From: Selaginella moellendorffii
Lineage: Eukaryota; Plantae; Lycopodiophyta
Assembly (NCBI RefSeq): GCF_000143415.4
Contig: NW_003314270.1
Location: 2,473,048-2,537,047, forward strand
Reading direction: 5' to 3'
DNA: 64,000 nt
Shown here: positions 63,229-64,000 of the stretch, one piece after another
How positions within the stretch are numbered: position 1 is the first letter of the stretch
How the letters are laid out: every line of letters begins with the position of its first letter
Translations under genes and position numbers: made by a program
Notes under the pieces: generated by a model
Told to the model about the DNA's origin: nothing
Database searches by the model: none
The model's input: the letters and a program-made list of their open reading frames with translations, nothing else

Positions 63229-63914
63229 AACGACAGCGCCGTTTTCTGGCTAGCGTGGACGGGGATTATAAATAAACTAATTATGGCGTGCAATTCGTAA
63301 AAGGGTGGATTTTACAATGGTGGATTTCACTCACACCACGTGTGTTCATAGCAAGCATAAGTGATATATACTGTTTGAAGTCATGTCTCTAATGCATCCC
63401 ATTAAGCTTATCCTTCGTTGCCATTGATTTCTAGTGTAGCTCTCTCAACACTTTAGTTTTGTACCATGATGCTTAGAAGATTTACATATAACTCAAAAGT
63501 AGGTTGAAGTTTAATCAATTCCATGAATTGGTGGGGCAATTGTGTATTACACAAAGGTGCATAGTGTTAATGTTTGGACGTGAAGTTCTCTCAAGAGGAG
63601 CATGCAAAAGGAGATTTGAGAATATGGAAGTTGCAATTGCATGCAGTAACATTCAAATAACAATGGACACTTTCAACATTTTCTAATCATAATTGTTTTA
63701 AATTTTGAAATTTGTAAAATGGGTTTCCATGTTGTTTCGACATCGCGTTTTCTAGATTTTCTTGCAACTCAATAATGTAAAACTCATGTAAACAACACGT
63801 GTTTTTTGGCTGGAGAAGAAATGACGACAAAAACACCGTGTGGTTCCCACATGCTGGGCAAGAAGGGCAATGGTGGGTATAAATCCACACATTATCAATT
63901 TGGTTGATCACGAA

Positions 63915-64000
63915 ATGGCAAGAAACAAGGAGAAGAGGAAAGTCTTGTGGTCACCTGAGGAAGACTCTATACTTCTCGACTATGTTACCACCAAAGGCAT
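63915..64000 (+). CDS. Start of a MYB-domain transcription factor (runs off the window)
   Basis: MARNKEKRKVLWSPEEDSILLDYVTTKG matches the first helix of a MYB repeat. Confidence 0.7.
   Translation, partial: MARNKEKRKVLWSPEEDSILLDYVTTKG

Overview
Eukaryotic plant nuclear DNA, most likely the lycophyte Selaginella. This is inferred from the ~50-nt introns, the very compact gene spacing and a plastid rpl2 fragment full of unedited C-to-U sites. The window has two halves. 1-32 kb is repeat-rich and decayed. It holds a Sola/DUF7869-type DDD transposase truncated by two nested, related Ty3/gypsy LTR elements, a ~5 kb G/T-skewed unidentified relic with a second inverted copy, an AT-rich ORF resembling YvgO-type proteins, an orphan gene with a CpG-depleted partial duplicate, a UBP12/13 fragment and a plastid insertion (NUPT) between inverted repeats. 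32-64 kb is gene-dense: AIM24-like, proteasome alpha4, two tRNA-Arg, MEA1-like, MS1/MMD1 PHD, DUF7054, AXY9-like, LpxB, TOUSLED, ATXR7-like SET, glucosidase II alpha, SRP72, COG8 and the start of a MYB gene. The most notable observation is that the chromovirus integrase contains two short GT-AG intron-like insertions (47 and 52 nt) whose exact removal restores the frame and the conserved motifs. Second, the 3' non-coding regions of both LTR elements share a covarying multi-hairpin RNA module with two tRNA-like T-loop arms. All homology calls come from recognising motifs by eye; no database searches were run.
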